Of a stretch of 64,000 nt of DNA, positions 39,668 to 52,944 are shown piece after piece. The translations under genes were made by a program, and so were the position numbers. The notes beneath the pieces were generated by a model. That model did not search any database, was not told where the DNA came from, and was given only the letters and a program-made list of their open reading frames with translations. Where the stretch lies: positions 62,001 to 126,000 of the forward strand of contig JAWMAR010001538.1 of assembly GCA_036785375.1 (NCBI GenBank), in the 5' to 3' direction. Each line of letters opens with the position of its first letter. The first letter of the stretch is position 1. The DNA comes from Leucoraja ocellata (taxonomy: Eukaryota).

Positions 39668-42419
39668 AATGTATGATCCGCGTACCTTTGGCTACATTAA
39701 GAGATATAGAATAGAATGCAATTTATTGTCATTCAAACCTAGGTTTGAACAAAATATCATTTCTACAGTTTTTTACATTACAAAACAATCCAAGACCCGC
39801 ACTTAACACAGTTTACATAAACATCCATCTAACCAACATCCACCAACATATACAGTCAAACTTCAATAATGTGCTGCTGTCATGAGTTGGATGGGGTGTG
39901 ACTCGTAGTTTTTCTAGACTATTTGATGTTACCCTTATAAAAACATTCATCAACCACCTTGGTGGTTATTAAAAAAATTAAAAAAAACATTCACATTTTT
40001 GAGATGCCATCTGGCTGGGTGATCATTTTACAGAGCACCTGAAGCTTTTTTTTTTTTTTTGCTTCCTATCATTTTAATTACCCACCCCAATCCCACTGAT
40101 CCCTCTGTGGCCGCCTATACTGTGATAACGAAGCCTAGTGCAAGGAGCAACTCCATCTACTGGGCTCGGTATAGACCTCTCCAACTTTAGATTACTTGGT
40201 CTCTCTCCCTACTTGAATGAGAACTGGTTGATTTTGCCAGCTGTCCATTTTATTTTTTGCATTATATTTTTGCATGTCAGATGATGACATTTTCAAACTA
40301 TGTAAAATTCCTTCATTATGGTCCCTCTTTCCCAAGGGTTACAACTTGATTATTAATAAACCGTGTATCATTGCACAAAGCTTGATTAAAAATAACCTTG
40401 TGCCTGAGACTCGAGGGACTGGCGATGCTGCAATAGTGAGCACTAAAATGTTGGAGGAACTTGACCGGTACCATCTGTGGAGTAAAATGAACAGACGATG
40501 CTTTGGTCAGAAGGACTCCAACCCAAAAAAAAAAAGACTGTTCATTTCCCTTCACGGTGCTGCCTGACCTGCTGAGACATCTTTTGCTATTTTCATTCAT
40601 GTTTCTCAACTAACTGAGGATGAAATCCACCTTGTATGCATTGCTGGAATTCATCCTTTACATTGCTGGTAGGGAATCTGATTTGTCCAATGTTTATCTA
40701 GTTTAAAGGCCACTGTGATTCCTACATTACCCCCATTACATGCACTATTGCTCTTCAGCTTTATGCCATGCTCTGCATTATGTCTGCGGCTTATCAACTC
40801 CCAGCAATATTTCTTGCTGCATGCTACTTAATTCCATAAATGTATTATAATTCTTGGCCATCACCTGCCAAGCCAAGATCTTGTATAACGGCTGGACTGA
40901 TGGCATCCTTAAATAGCTGTAATGTTCCCAGAAGTTGAAAACCAGGATTATTTAGTTCCCAACTTTGATCTTCCTTCGGGCAGGTTTCAGGACTGCATCA
41001 TCCAACCAGCTGTAGAAGCCTCTGGGCCAAGCAGACATTCATCGACAATGGTACAAGAGTGGGGTGTCATGGCATCAGCCTTATTCTTGCCCTTCTAACT
41101 AATAGTTGTGTTCCATGCAGGCAGGTGGTGACAAAACTGGTATCGAATTCACCCAGGTGAATGACCTGGTTATCCCCAGGGATTGAGGCAGGCATACTGT
41201 GGAGTTCCCTGACTTCTAATTGCGTTGTGTTCTAGTGCTGGTGGATACACGGCCTTTGTAAACAAAAGATGCTATTTTGTACCAGAAATACCATCATGAA
41301 GGGGAACAGGGAAGAAATTGTCATGAAATGGATTTACCCAGTAACCGTTGCGATTTTTTTTCCTTACTCCCAAGTCTTTGCTGCAAAAGGTCAGACATAA
41401 ATGATGATTAATTAGCTTGTAAACCATGAAATGCATCTTTAGTGACACCTGATTGACGGGCCCCTGATGGGTGAGCTTATTGTATCAAAGGCATCTGATT
41501 GGCAGATGGACAGATGTTAGTCCAACACTAAATGGATCAACAAAATCTATTTGTATCTCGAGGTGTTTCTGTCAGCCTGGCCCAGATGTTTGTACGGATT
41601 GATTGAGGTGAACTATTGTTGCCCCTCCTCCCTTGTCACTCACTTCCAGATGGAAGTTTATCTTGGAGAAAAATAAGACAAAATGTTGGAGAAACTCAGT
41701 GGGTCAGGCAGCATCTCTGGAGAACATGGGTACATGATGTTTTGGGTCGGGATCCTTTCTCCTTCATGCTGATTGTAGTTGGGGAGGGGGCAGGGCGGGG
41801 AGAAATAGTGGTTAGATTGTACATTTTACAACAAGATTGGGTATAGCTTGATAATAGCATTGGCACATCTCTTGTATTGGGTATTGTATAACAAAATGAG
41901 ATTTATGTATATAGTATGTCATAGCATAATGACGAATAATGCTCCTGAATAAGATATAGTTCAGTAAATTACTAGGTTAATATCTTGTAGTGTACACAGT
42001 TTGATAATGTAATGGTTAAAGCTCCTGCCTGAATGACCAAATTGGAGATTGTGGCAATCAATAATTTGCTACTTGAATCTTTTCCTTCTAACTGTGAATT
42101 CTGATCAATGTTTACTCACTGCCCCTACTGCAAATTGTGTTACATCCATCATCCCTCCATCCACTCTAAATTTGGTGACAAATTAATTTCTTAGCTGTGT
42201 TGATCATACTGTGATTATATTTTCAGTTAAGTTAGAAAGGTGTCTCATTTGTGATGCTGTGGCAGGTTTTACTGGGTCTGTGTGTGCTTGCTTCAATGCT
42301 CAGGGGAGTCTTGTTCTCCCTATGCTAAGTGGGGAGATGTTGATAAATGTATGAGGAGTGCTTCCTTTTTCCCTCCATCTGCAATTTTGAAATGTATGGG
42401 TCAGATACAGGGTAAACTT

Positions 42420-42800
42420 CCCTCCACGCCATAGGAGGCAACCTACCTGGATGCATCACAGCTTGGTATGGCATCTGATCTGCCTAAGCCTGCAAGAAAG
42501 TGCAGAGTTGTGGATGTGGTCCAGTCCATCACACCAACTAGTCTTCCTCATAGATTTTATCTACACTTCCTGCTTCCAGGGGTATCGGCTAACATTGAGG
42601 ACCATTTATATGAATTCTCTGTTCTTCCGTCGGGCAAAAGACACAAAAGGCTCAGAGCCACCAGATTCAAGAACCGCTTCCCTGCTGTTGTCGGAATTTT
42701 AACTGAACCTCTTCATGCTAAGGATGAATTCTAGATCTTCCAATCTACTTTGTTGCAGCGCTTGAACTTTTACATGCACTTTCTCTGTAGTTGCAACACT
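42420..42800 (+). mobile_element. Rex1/Babar-like LINE 3' fragment
   Basis: CITAWYG..LQRVV..AQ.IT and LPSGKR...RFKNRF motifs. Confidence 0.6.
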
Positions 42801-43664
42801 AGGTTTAGGTTCATTATTGCCACTTGTAATGAGGTACAGTGAAAAGCTTTGTTTTGCATGTTATCCAAACTGATCAGATATGCCAGACACAAATGCAATC
42901 AAACCAAACTAGTTCAATAAATAGAGCAAAATGGGTGATGCAGAATGCTGATTCTAATTCTTGCCACTGTAGTGCATCTGTTCCATAGACAAAGCTCAAT
43001 GTTCACAATGGATTAGAGGTAAATCACAGTACCCTTGTTTATGGAAGGACCATTCAGCAGCATGAAAACAAAGGGGAAGAAGCTGTTCCTGAGTGAGGAG
43101 TGTGCCTTCAAGCTTCTGGTCCTTCTGTCAGTTAGGAGGAGGAGAATCTAGAAGAGGCTGGTGGATATTTTCTGGGACAAAAGGAAGTACTGATCGCTGC
43201 TGTGGTTTTCAGTGTCATGGAGATGTACAGCACAGAAATGCTGCAGTACTCGGCGGGACAGGCAGCATCTCTGGGGGGAAAAAAGGAACGGTGATGGTTT
43301 GGGTCGAGACTGTTCTTCAGACATCTCGTTGAGTTACTCTAGCATTTTGTGTCGATCTGTGGTTTAAACTAGCATTTGCAGTTCCTTCCTGCACAGAAAT
43401 GGCCTGTCAGTCCATCTCATCCCTGCTGAGCATGTCTATTTATGCTAATCTCATTTGCCTCCATTAGATCAGAACCCCTCAATGCCTTTCCCATCCAAGT
43501 ACTTGTCCAAATGCCTTTTAAATGTTGTAATTGCATCTGCCTCGGCTCCCCACTGGGTGGCTCACTGTTTGGAAGAGTTTCCTCTTTATGTTGGGGACCT
43601 GGGATGGTGATTATTACAATACAATTCCCAGTGAACATTGAGCTGCACTGGGAAAGCTCTGGGG

Positions 43665-43960
43665 TCACAGTTTAAGGATCAGGGGGAAATCTTTTAGGAC
43701 CGAGATGAGAAAAAAACATTTTCACACAGAGTGGTGAATCTCTGGAATTCTCTGCCACAGAAGGTAGTTGAGGCCAGTACATTGGCTATATTTAAGAGGG
43801 AGTTAGATGTGGCCCTTGCGGCTAAAGGTATCAGGGGGTATGGAGAGAAGGCAGGTACAGGATGATCAGTTGGATGATCAGCCATGATCATATTGAATGG
43901 CGGTGCAGGCTCGAAGGGCCGAATGGCCTACTCCTACACCTATTTTCTATGTTTCTATGA
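43665..43960 (+). mobile_element. CR1 LINE 3' end
   Basis: Same family as the copy at 12985-14056; (TTTCTATG)n tail. Confidence 0.9.
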
Positions 43961-44974
43961 ATGCACTGGAAATAGGGTTTGTATCAGTTTCAAGGGTGTG
44001 TGGTAACAGGGACTGTTGACTGTAATGGGAACGCCACATGACAAACCACGGAAATTTACAAATATTTGTAAATTGGGGTTTTACTTTGAACCATTCGTTT
44101 CATGCAGCTGGAACTGGCGCATCAGAAAGGAGAATTGTTCACTGATAGGAGCAGTGCATGCTGATGTCTGGCATTGAGTAGGGAAGCTAATCCTCTGGAC
44201 ACCATTCAGCCTCGGGCTTTGGTGTGATCTTAGTTCAGTAATAATGTCTACATTCAACATTGGAGCATAAACCCAGCCCATAAACTCGGCTGCCTTTGAA
44301 CCGAAATAAGCTTGTTTCAGAAATTGGCACTGGGTACATAACCTTGCTTTGCTGGGAGATGTGGATTGAGGGCATGCTCTGCAGAGTGAGATCAGCCTGT
44401 CATGTTCTTGTGAACTAACAAGGAAATGGCTTATTTAAATTCAAGCTCGCTAAATGAACTGTTTTCAGTTACCTGGTAGCTTCACTGTCAGTCATTTCCA
44501 AATCTTACAAGCTGCACAAACTGGTTTCAGTCAACTGGACGCGATGTTCCAAATGTCAGTGCAATACTGAAGCCTTTCATTAGGAGCCGTCACACTTGGT
44601 CACCGCTGAGAGTTTGATTACATTTGTGACCCTTTCAGCAGCCCAGGGCTCGTGCATCTGAATGGATGGCTGCTCAAGTTGACCATTGTAGCACGAGTCC
44701 CAGATCTCTAAGCTTCAAGACCCGAGGAGATTTGGAGCTCTACACCACATACCTGAGCTGACTGCCAATGTTTTTATTCTGCCCCAATAGCTGCAATGCC
44801 GGGTGAGTCGATCAGACTTGTACAGCACAGAAATGGGGACTTCTGCCCAATCTGTCCATGCTCACCCAAATGCCCAGTTCTATAGTGAGGGGGTGGGAAG
44901 GGAAGAAAGACTGAGTTTTGGGCTATTGGGGTCAGGAGAGAAAATGAAGGCGGGTAATCGCACTGCAATAGATA

Positions 44975-45615
44975 ATAGACATTGGGTGCAGGAGTAGGCC
45001 ATTTGGCCCTTCGAGCCAGCACGGCCATTCAATGTGATCATGGCTGATCATCCCCAATCAGTACCTTGTTCTGCCTTCTCCCCATATCCCCTGATTCCGC
45101 TATTTTTAAGAGCCCTATCTAGCTCTCTCTTGAAAGCATCCAGAGAACCTGCCTTCACCGCCTCGGAGGCAGAGAATTCCACAGACTCGCCACTCTGTGA
45201 GAAAAAGTGTTTCTTCATCTGTTCTAAATGGCTTACACCTTATTCTTAAACTGTGTCCCTTGATTCTGGACACCCCCAACATCGGGAACATGTTTCCTGC
45301 CTCTAGTGTGTCCAAGCCCTTAACAATGTATGTTTCAATGAGATAACCTCTCATCCTTCTAAATTCCAGAGTGTACAAGCCCAGCTGCTCCATTCCCTCG
45401 GCATATGGCAGTCCCGCCATCCCGGGAATTAACCTTGTAAACCTACGCTGCACTCTCTCTCAATGGCAAGAATGTCCTTCCTCAATTAGGGGACCAAAAC
45501 TGCACACAATACACCAGGTGTGGTCACACTAGGGCTCTGTACAACTGCAGAAGGACTTCTTTGCTCCTATATTTGATTCCTCTTTTTATAAAGGCCAACA
45601 TGCCATTCGCTTTCA
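44975..45615 (-). mobile_element. CR1 LINE 3' fragment
   Basis: QRRFTRLIPGMAGLPY..LGLYTLEFRRMRG. Confidence 0.9.
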
Positions 45616-45879
45616 CTACATCTGAAGTAGCAGCCCTGAAGTTTATGCTGCCAGCCTAATTGAGAAGGACAACCCAGAGGTGTCCTTTGCTGTCATGATT
45701 TAGGTGTTCACAGCATTGGTTTTGGCCTGAGTCAGCTGGTAGGAAACTCTAGATCTACTCTAGAAACTGATGGCAAGGTGGATCCAACAGTCCATGGGGA
45801 AAGTCAGTGGACTTGGCTGGAGACTCGTGTGGCCATAAGCTTTCTGAATGGTGATAAACATAACACAAGCTGGGTTGGT

Positions 45880-47045
45880 CTGGCTTCCATCCAGCACTCA
45901 AATACACCTGGACCATTTCTGACACTTCCCTACCATTCCTTGACCTCACTATCTCCACTGCAGGTGATAGACTTCTGACCGACATCCACTATAAACCCAC
46001 TGACTCGCATGGCTATCTGGACTACACTTCTTCCCACCCTGCTTCCTGTAAGGACTCCATCCCCTACTCACAATTCCTCCGTTTACGCCGCATCTGCTCC
46101 ACGGATGAGGCGTTCCACACCAGGGCATCTGAAATGTCCTCATTCTTCAGGGAACGGGGGTTCCCCTCCACCATAGATGAGGCTCGCACCAAGGTCTCTT
46201 CCATACCCCTCTCTCCCCATCTCCCCCCCCCCCACTCGCAACAAGGGCAGAGTCCCCCTAGTCCTCACCTTTCACCCCACCAGCCATCACATACAACAAG
46301 TAATCCTCCGTCAGTTTCGCCACCTCCAACGTGACCCCACCACTCGCCACATCTTCCCATCTCCCCCCATATCTGCCTTGTGCAAAGACCGCTCCCTCCG
46401 TAACTCCCTTGTCAATTCATCCCTTCCCTCCCGTACCAAATCCTCCCCGGGCACTTTCCCTTGCAACTGCAAGAGATGCAACACTTGTCCCTTTACCTCC
46501 CCACTCAACTCCATTCAAGGACCCAAGCAATCGTTCCAGGTGCGACAGAGATTTACCTGCATCTCTTCCAACCTCATCTATTGCATCCGCTGCTCTAGAT
46601 GTCAGCAGATCTATATCGGTGAGATCAAGCGGAGGTTGGGCGATCGTTTCGTCGAACACCTCCGCTCGGTCCGCAATAACCAACCTGACCTCCCGGTGGC
46701 TCAGCACTTCAACTCCCCCTCCCATGGCCAGAGTGAGGAACATCGGAAATTGGAGGAAAAGCACCTCGTATTCCGCTTGGGGTGTCTGCATCCTGGGGGC
46801 ATGAACATTGAATTCTCACAATTTTGTTAGTTCTTGCTGTCTCCTCCCCTTCCTCAGCCCTCCTTGCTGTCTCCTCCCCTTCCTCAGCCCTCCTGCTGTC
46901 TCATTTGGGCTCCTCCTCCTTTTTCCTTTCTTTTGCCCCCCCCACCCTCGATCAGTCTGAAGAAGGGCTTTGGCCCGAAACGGTGCCTATTTCCTTCGCT
47001 CCATAGATGCTGCTGCACCTGCTGAGTTTCTCCAGCATTTTTATG
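45880..47045 (+). mobile_element. Penelope-like element (RT thumb + GIY-YIG endonuclease) ending in a hammerhead-bearing pLTR
   Basis: ORF 46177-46830 includes VPLVLTFHP, CNCKRCNTC and NLIYCIRCSRCQQIYIGEIKRRLGDRFVEH; CTGAAGA..GAAA at 46957-46980. Confidence 0.92.
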
Positions 47046-47524
47046 TATCTTGGGTTGGTCTGGGGCTGGTTCAGGGGCAGTTTGTGGGGAGGAGGGATGT
47101 AGTTCAGAAGCAAGGCTGGGGTAGAAGGGACAGGATGATGGATGGCAGCTGGAAATGTGTGATGGGCATCTGACATTGAGTTTGGGATTGACGATTGTGT
47201 GTTGGATGTGGATAAGGCACGTGGTCAGATCAGTCGGTGGGAGGGTTATCAATAGATTAGAGGCTCTGAGCTTGGTAGGATAGGGTGAGGAAAGTTTGGT
47301 ACCATGGGGAAGTGCAGTCCTGCAGAGGAGCAAGATAAACAATTTAAGGGGTCTGTTTCTGATCATGGGTGGGAATCAAAATCAGAGGGGACTCTGATGT
47401 AATGTGGGCAACATCTCATGACGTGCATTGCACCACTGGGCACGTATAACACGTCTGGCCTCTTCCATGCATTAGCATGATGAGGGCATGTAGTATGAAC
47501 CCTGATTCCAGTGATTCCTAATGC

Positions 47525-47670
47525 GTAGGAAGGAACTGTAGATGCTGGTTTAAATCGAAGATGGACACAATGCTCAGACTGAAGAAGGGTCTCGACCCGA
47601 AATGTCACCCATTCCTTCTCTATCGAGATGCTGCCTGTCCCACTGAGTTACTCCAGCATTTTGTGCATCT
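47525..47670. mobile_element. Penelope-derived hammerhead mini-element with a 19-bp TSD
   Basis: TTCCAGTGATTCCTAATGC at 47506-47524 and 47670-47688. Confidence 0.85.
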
Positions 47671-49122
47671 TCCAGTGATTCCTAATGCAAGCTACAATAT
47701 TGTATGTAAAATTGTAGCAGATTGTGAACCAATTTGCAGGCAAAGGCTGGTGATGACGTGCTGGTTGCTGACAGTATGATGATCCTGGCACTCATTCCCT
47801 TCTCTAAACATGTTTGTCTGTTTTTACATAGAGGGTTGTGGTGTCTACAATGCATTGCCAGCAGTGGTGGTGGAGGCAGATTTGATGGTGGCATTTTAAG
47901 AGGATTTTGGATCCTTGGGCCCATAGATATTTAGTGAATGCAGAAATGTGGATCATGCAGGCAGAGGAGAATAGTTTAACTTGGCATTATGTATGGCACG
48001 GACATTGTGGGACAAAGAGTTTTCTTGTGCTGTAATATTCTATTTTATGTTCTATGAATCATCTGTATACGTGTCTATGATGATTTGGGATTAGTTATTT
48101 GTGAGTCAGTGTCTTTGACCATTGGTGTATGGACATGCATGGTGGTTTTGTGTATATGCACATGCATGTAGTGTACAGTTGGGCATGGGGAGGTATATTC
48201 ATCCTTGCATGTATGTGCTAACCTGTGTGCACCAATTGATAATGTAAAGTGGGTCAGACTATGATCAGATATTCACAGTGCCCCGTGTCTGTCTTTAGTC
48301 ACGTGTGGGTACCTGTTCATTTGCAGAAGAAGCAGCAATTTAAACAGATATTCAAACAAATCTGAAATGAAACATAACATTACAGATGAGACTTTTGTGG
48401 CACGAAATCTCATTGCATGTCACTTCAGAGCAAAGTCAAATTGGGGATTGAAATGCAGGTCTGCAGGCTACTGTCAATCTCCTCCACATAGTGTTCCCAG
48501 GGCAGGTCGTGCACAGCTTAGACATAATGTAGAAATCCACTGTTCTGTAAAAACACTTTGTGCTTTAACCCAGTGCAAAGCTCCCCGTTAGACACTCCCA
48601 TGCAGTGACAGCACAGGTTAGATAGAATTGTAGAAATTTACTACATAAAGGGCAGCCATTAGGGTTGTTTTATCCATCATAACAAAAAACAAACATCAGC
48701 TTAGTGCCTCTGTCAGCTTGTGGAAGGTGTTTATACCCATTAGTCTCATCTCCCCACTCGAGGCCTGTATCCTTCTGTGTTTATTATGTAACTCCACCCC
48801 CAGTGGCAGTAAATTCCAGATACCAACTACTTTTTCGTCCATTAAAAAAAGTAGCATCTCAGACCCCCTTTAAAACTCCTTCCTCTCTTTAAATCTATGT
48901 CCTCTTAGAATGTTTTTCCATATTAAAAAAAAAAAATCTACCCATTGTTGCCATTTATAATTGTAAATATCTGTCATCCCTTGGACTCCTTCATCCAAGT
49001 CTCTCCTTACCCTCCCTCACTCCAGATCCGCCTATCTAATCCCTCCCTATGACTAATCTTTCATCCTGGTGAATCACTGTGAACTCTCTCCTGAATAACT
49101 ACATCCTGAATAACTGCCACCA

Positions 49123-49850
49123 GGGGGCGCCGTATGATGGCAACCTCGCAAACAGTCTGCCTTTTAAAATTTTTTAATACGTTTTAAAAGTATGTGTTAA
49201 TGTCCTCTGGTTTGTTTTATGTGGGGCAGGGAGTTTGAAGAAACTTTTTTCATTCTCTTACTTTGCCGGAGATGCGATTGCTTTCCGGATTGTATCTCCG
49301 GTTGCTCTGCGGCCTAATATCATGGAGCTGGAGGCCTTGCTCGTGACTGACTTTGAGCCCCACCGCAGGGTCGTGGACTTGCCAATGGAGCTGATCCCTT
49401 GCCTGGGGTCGACGCTCCAACCGCGGCCTGCAGATTTCACCATCGAGGAGCTCGCAGTCTCGGGTAGAGACCGATGTTGGGAAGCTCCAAATGACGCTGA
49501 AGGTTTTGGCCAGTCCTGACCCGGGGTCCGATCGCTGGCATCGGGGAGCTGAGATTCCCCCCCACCCCACCCCCGATGCGAGACCTTGATCGCCCTGACG
49601 CAGAGGGCCCGACCGCCGGCTACGTGGGCCAAGATCACCACGTCAACGTCAAGCTCGAGGCCCCCGACCTCGGGAGAACAAAGAAGGGAAGAGATTGTAC
49701 TCTTTTTCACCTACCATCACAGTGAGGAATGCGGAGGAGTCACTATGGTGGATGTTTATGTTAAAATGTATTTTGTGTTTTTTATTGGTATGACTGTATT
49801 GCAAAACATACCTGGCTAATAAAGTATGATTATGATTAGTATGATTTATG
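49123..49850 (+). mobile_element. GC-rich non-autonomous retroelement with AATAAA and a (TATGAT)n tail, inserted in an old CR1
   Basis: 5' end shared with 1-668, 3' part shared with 25391-25430; CR1 sequence flanks both sides. Confidence 0.65.
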
Positions 49851-52800
49851 ATCCTTCCTGTAGTGCGTGGTCAGAACTGCACACATTACTTGGTGTGCTG
49901 TCTGACCAGTATTTAAAAAAAATTGTGAAATAACATCCCCAAACTCTTGTCTTCACGGTCAGGACATAGAATATAAGTATGACATATGTAGCTAGTGTGG
50001 TGACAGTGGCATGCGATGCCACTTAAAGGAACTATGGAGTTCAAGTTCTCTGAGATCGGCCATATCCACCATTTTGTGTCTTTCTACTGTATATGTACTA
50101 CCCCCATCTGACTTCCATAATACATCTTGTTGGGATTAACTTCCATCTGCTAAAGCTCTGCCCTACTTTCTGTCCGGTCTACATCCTGCCATAGGTTTTG
50201 ACAACTTTCCACAAACACCAACTTTCATGTCATCTACAACGTTCTAAACACTTCCATCTCGTCTGTAGATTCTTTTAAATTGCGTGGGTGCAATCCATCG
50301 GGATTTCCTGTTTCCTATTTTAAGCTAACATTTCGCTGTCCAATGTAATCTCCGCCATTCTGTTTCCATGGTAAATGCAGAAATGGGAGTGGTTTAAGTT
50401 GTTCAGCCAGTGCAGTTATGGCCACACAGCTCCAGTGACCTGGTTGAATCCTGATATCTGGTGTTATCTGCTTGGGCATTCCCACTATGTATGCTTTTGT
50501 ATCAGCACTCTGGTTTTCTCCCACATACCAGAGATGTAGAGGTGGATAGACTGCAAATTTCCCCCAGTGTATGTTTGTTGAATGTGCGGGGACTTGATAT
50601 TCATTAAAATGTTCTAAAGAAACTACTTCCCTGCACAAACCTGGAGAGTGTTGCAGAGCCGAGATCTTGGAGTACAGGTGCATGTTTCCCTGAAAGTGAC
50701 CGTTCAGATGGACAGGGTGAAGTATTTGTCACCCTTGCCTTTATTGGGAATGACTGAGTAAAAGAGTTGGGAGATCCTAATACATCCATACAAGTCATTG
50801 GTGTGACAACACTGATTACTGGGTGCAGTTCTGGGGAAAATGGGCTATGAAATGGCAGATTAAATTAATGGTAGATAGAATTAAACACAGCATTGGAGAT
50901 GGTAGAAAGTCTGCAGGACAGGAGCGACTTCAGTTGACATGGGATTAAGATGAGAAAACTGTCGAGGCTGGTTTATAGAGAAGAAAAGTGTTGGAATAAC
51001 TCGGCTGTCAGGGAATATGTCTGCAGAACTTGAATGGGTGACTTTTGGCTTGAGACCCTTCAGATTGATTGTAGTTGGATGAATTTGTCCATTGCAATTG
51101 TTGGAGAGAAGGAAATGAGTTGTCCATGGTTTTCTGGCAATGACACTATGTTATCTGTCATTATTGTACAGTTCTTGGTCAGAGCTTGCTCTACAGAATG
51201 TTGGAATTCTCTTCCTGAATTTCAGTGGGGGCTAGAATTGGGAAATAGTTCATTGGCTTTTAATAATTTGGGATGCCGTGAAATCAGTCAGGAAATGATA
51301 CTGTCTCTACATTCATTAAAACAGGAGATTTCAGTACTTAGTTCCAGCAATTTGGGTCACATCAGCCTCTAAGGAAATGTCAGTTGAGCTCTGGTTAAGA
51401 GCGAAAATACTTCATGTGGGAGCCTTGCAGCGTGAAGAGAAGGGGATTTCATTCTATCAGCCTTGATCCTGAAGGTTGGCAATTTGTGCCTGATCTGGGT
51501 CCCAATATATTTTGATATTATAACATCACTGCCTGTCCAAGGGTAGCAAATGAGTTCTGAAGGACCGTGCAAGAACTAATTACCTCCTTAGCGGAATCTT
51601 TCATTGCAATGATTAAGCCAACTCCAGTCACTCCAATACTTTTTCTTTTCTCCAATTTCTCATCTACCTTCTATTCCTTGACAACAACCTTCACACAGTG
51701 CCTGACTGTGCCAGCCCCTCTGAATGCTTACACATCTCAGAATTTTCATGTCCAATGACGGGTAATATAGTAAAACAAAAACATGGAAACAAGTCCTTGG
51801 GGGCCCAACTCGTCCATGCCAATCAAGATGTCCCATCTAAGCTGGCAGATGTCTTGCATCCTACTAAACCTTTCATGTACAGTCTACCCTCATTATGACA
51901 GACTTCTTTATAATGATTTTGGTTGCAGCAGACCAAGATGTTGATTCATGGTTCAGCTGACCAGTTGAGCTATTGTCAGCTTAACCAGAGCTCAACTGAC
52001 ATTTCCTTATAGGCTGATGTGCACAGCACAACATTTGGGCATTGGAAAGGCAGCGGTGGGGAGAGATGGAGCAGTAAAACACTCGTGAGGAGCGTTGCAT
52101 TGGGGCCGTGTTTGCAGTGGTTGCTACAAACTCAGCAGTTTACTGGGTGTTGGATACAGCGCCAAGTGCACCAAGCACCTGCATGACCTTGGCAACACGT
52201 TTGTCAGTCACCTGGTAATGGCTTGAGGCTCCCGTTGCACCACTATGCTCTTTCTCCCCCCCCCCCCCCCCCCCCAAAAACCCCAATCTGCCTGGTTAGC
52301 CACTGAGCTGGCGCCACACGGCGTGCTTCCGCATGAAGGTGGTGTGAGTACCAGGCATGTCTGTGGTGCACTGTGGGGCAGAGGGCTCTGTGGCTCCATT
52401 TCCCCCCCCCCCCCCCCCCCCCCTTGGAATCAATTGGTAGGAACCGACACCATTTCCCCTTGTATAATGAGGGTTTGCTGTACTGTGTTATTGCACCCAC
52501 CTCAACTACTGCCTCTAACACCTCATTCCATATGTGTACCACCCTCTGAAAACATTTCCCCACACGTTCCTATTTTTTTTTTCTCTTGCCTTTTGATTCC
52601 ACCCTGGGGAAAAATACACTTTCCCTCATCTATTCCACGCAAGGTGCTGAAGGAATTGAATTTTTCTCCACCTCCATGTTGGGAAGTTCAAATCCTCCTG
52701 AACCTTCCCAAATATTATCACTCTGCTGTTGGTGACGGTGTCCATCTGCCAATATCTGAACATACAAGGCAGAAGCACGAGTTGGCCTCTCAGCCCTTCA

Positions 52801-52944
52801 AGTCCACTCCACCATTTCAAAAATCATGGCGAATCTGATTGTAATCTCATCTCTGCCCAGTTACTTGCAGTCACACTAGTTTATCAAGAATCTAATTCTG
52901 CTGTAAAATGGTGTTATGGGGAGAAGGCAGGAGAATTGGGTTAA

